DNA of 32,832 bases, from assembly GCF_001194135.2 (NCBI RefSeq), contig NC_068985.1:21675237-21708068 (forward strand). The letters run 5' to 3'. The stretch is from Octopus bimaculoides. Taxonomy: Eukaryota. The translations under genes and the position numbers were made by a program. Shown one piece after another: positions 32,764 to 32,832 of the stretch. Each line of letters starts with the position of its first letter. Within the stretch, counting starts at the first letter, position 1. The notes beneath the pieces were generated by a model. That model had not been told where the DNA came from and ran no database searches. It saw only the letters and a list, made by a program, of their open reading frames with translations.

Positions 32764-32832
32764 TCATCATCATCATCATCATCATCATCGTTTAACGTCC
32801 GCTTTCCATGCTAGCATGGGTTGGACGATTTG
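32764..32832 (-). mobile_element. 3' tail of a young RTE-family element ((GAT)8), runs off the window
   Basis: catcat..cgtttaacgtccgctttccatgctagcatgggttggacg with CpGs intact. Confidence 0.8.

Overview
AT-rich, repeat-dense eukaryotic genomic DNA, most likely octopus (inferred from the SINE/RTE repeat families and mollusc-type genes; not confirmed by any search). It holds two convergent spliced genes. On + is a complete NCOA4/ARA70-like gene: 6 coding exons, 8778-15973, 559 aa, plus a probable non-coding first exon ending at 5919. On - are the last 8 coding exons of PEX1 (AAA D2 domain to stop, 340 aa, 30732 down to 20259); earlier exons lie beyond the right edge. The rest is decayed RTE LINEs, tRNA-derived SINEs, Helitron-like elements, one LTR-like insertion and microsatellites. 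I found no prokaryotic features, CRISPR array or convincing new multi-gene system. The best leads are in NCOA4 (conserved Cx5Cx5Cx5C motif, textbook LIR, repeated Trp-Leu motifs, possible uORF), a tight SINE hairpin in a PEX1 intron, and a PHD-like finger inside an RTE reverse transcriptase.
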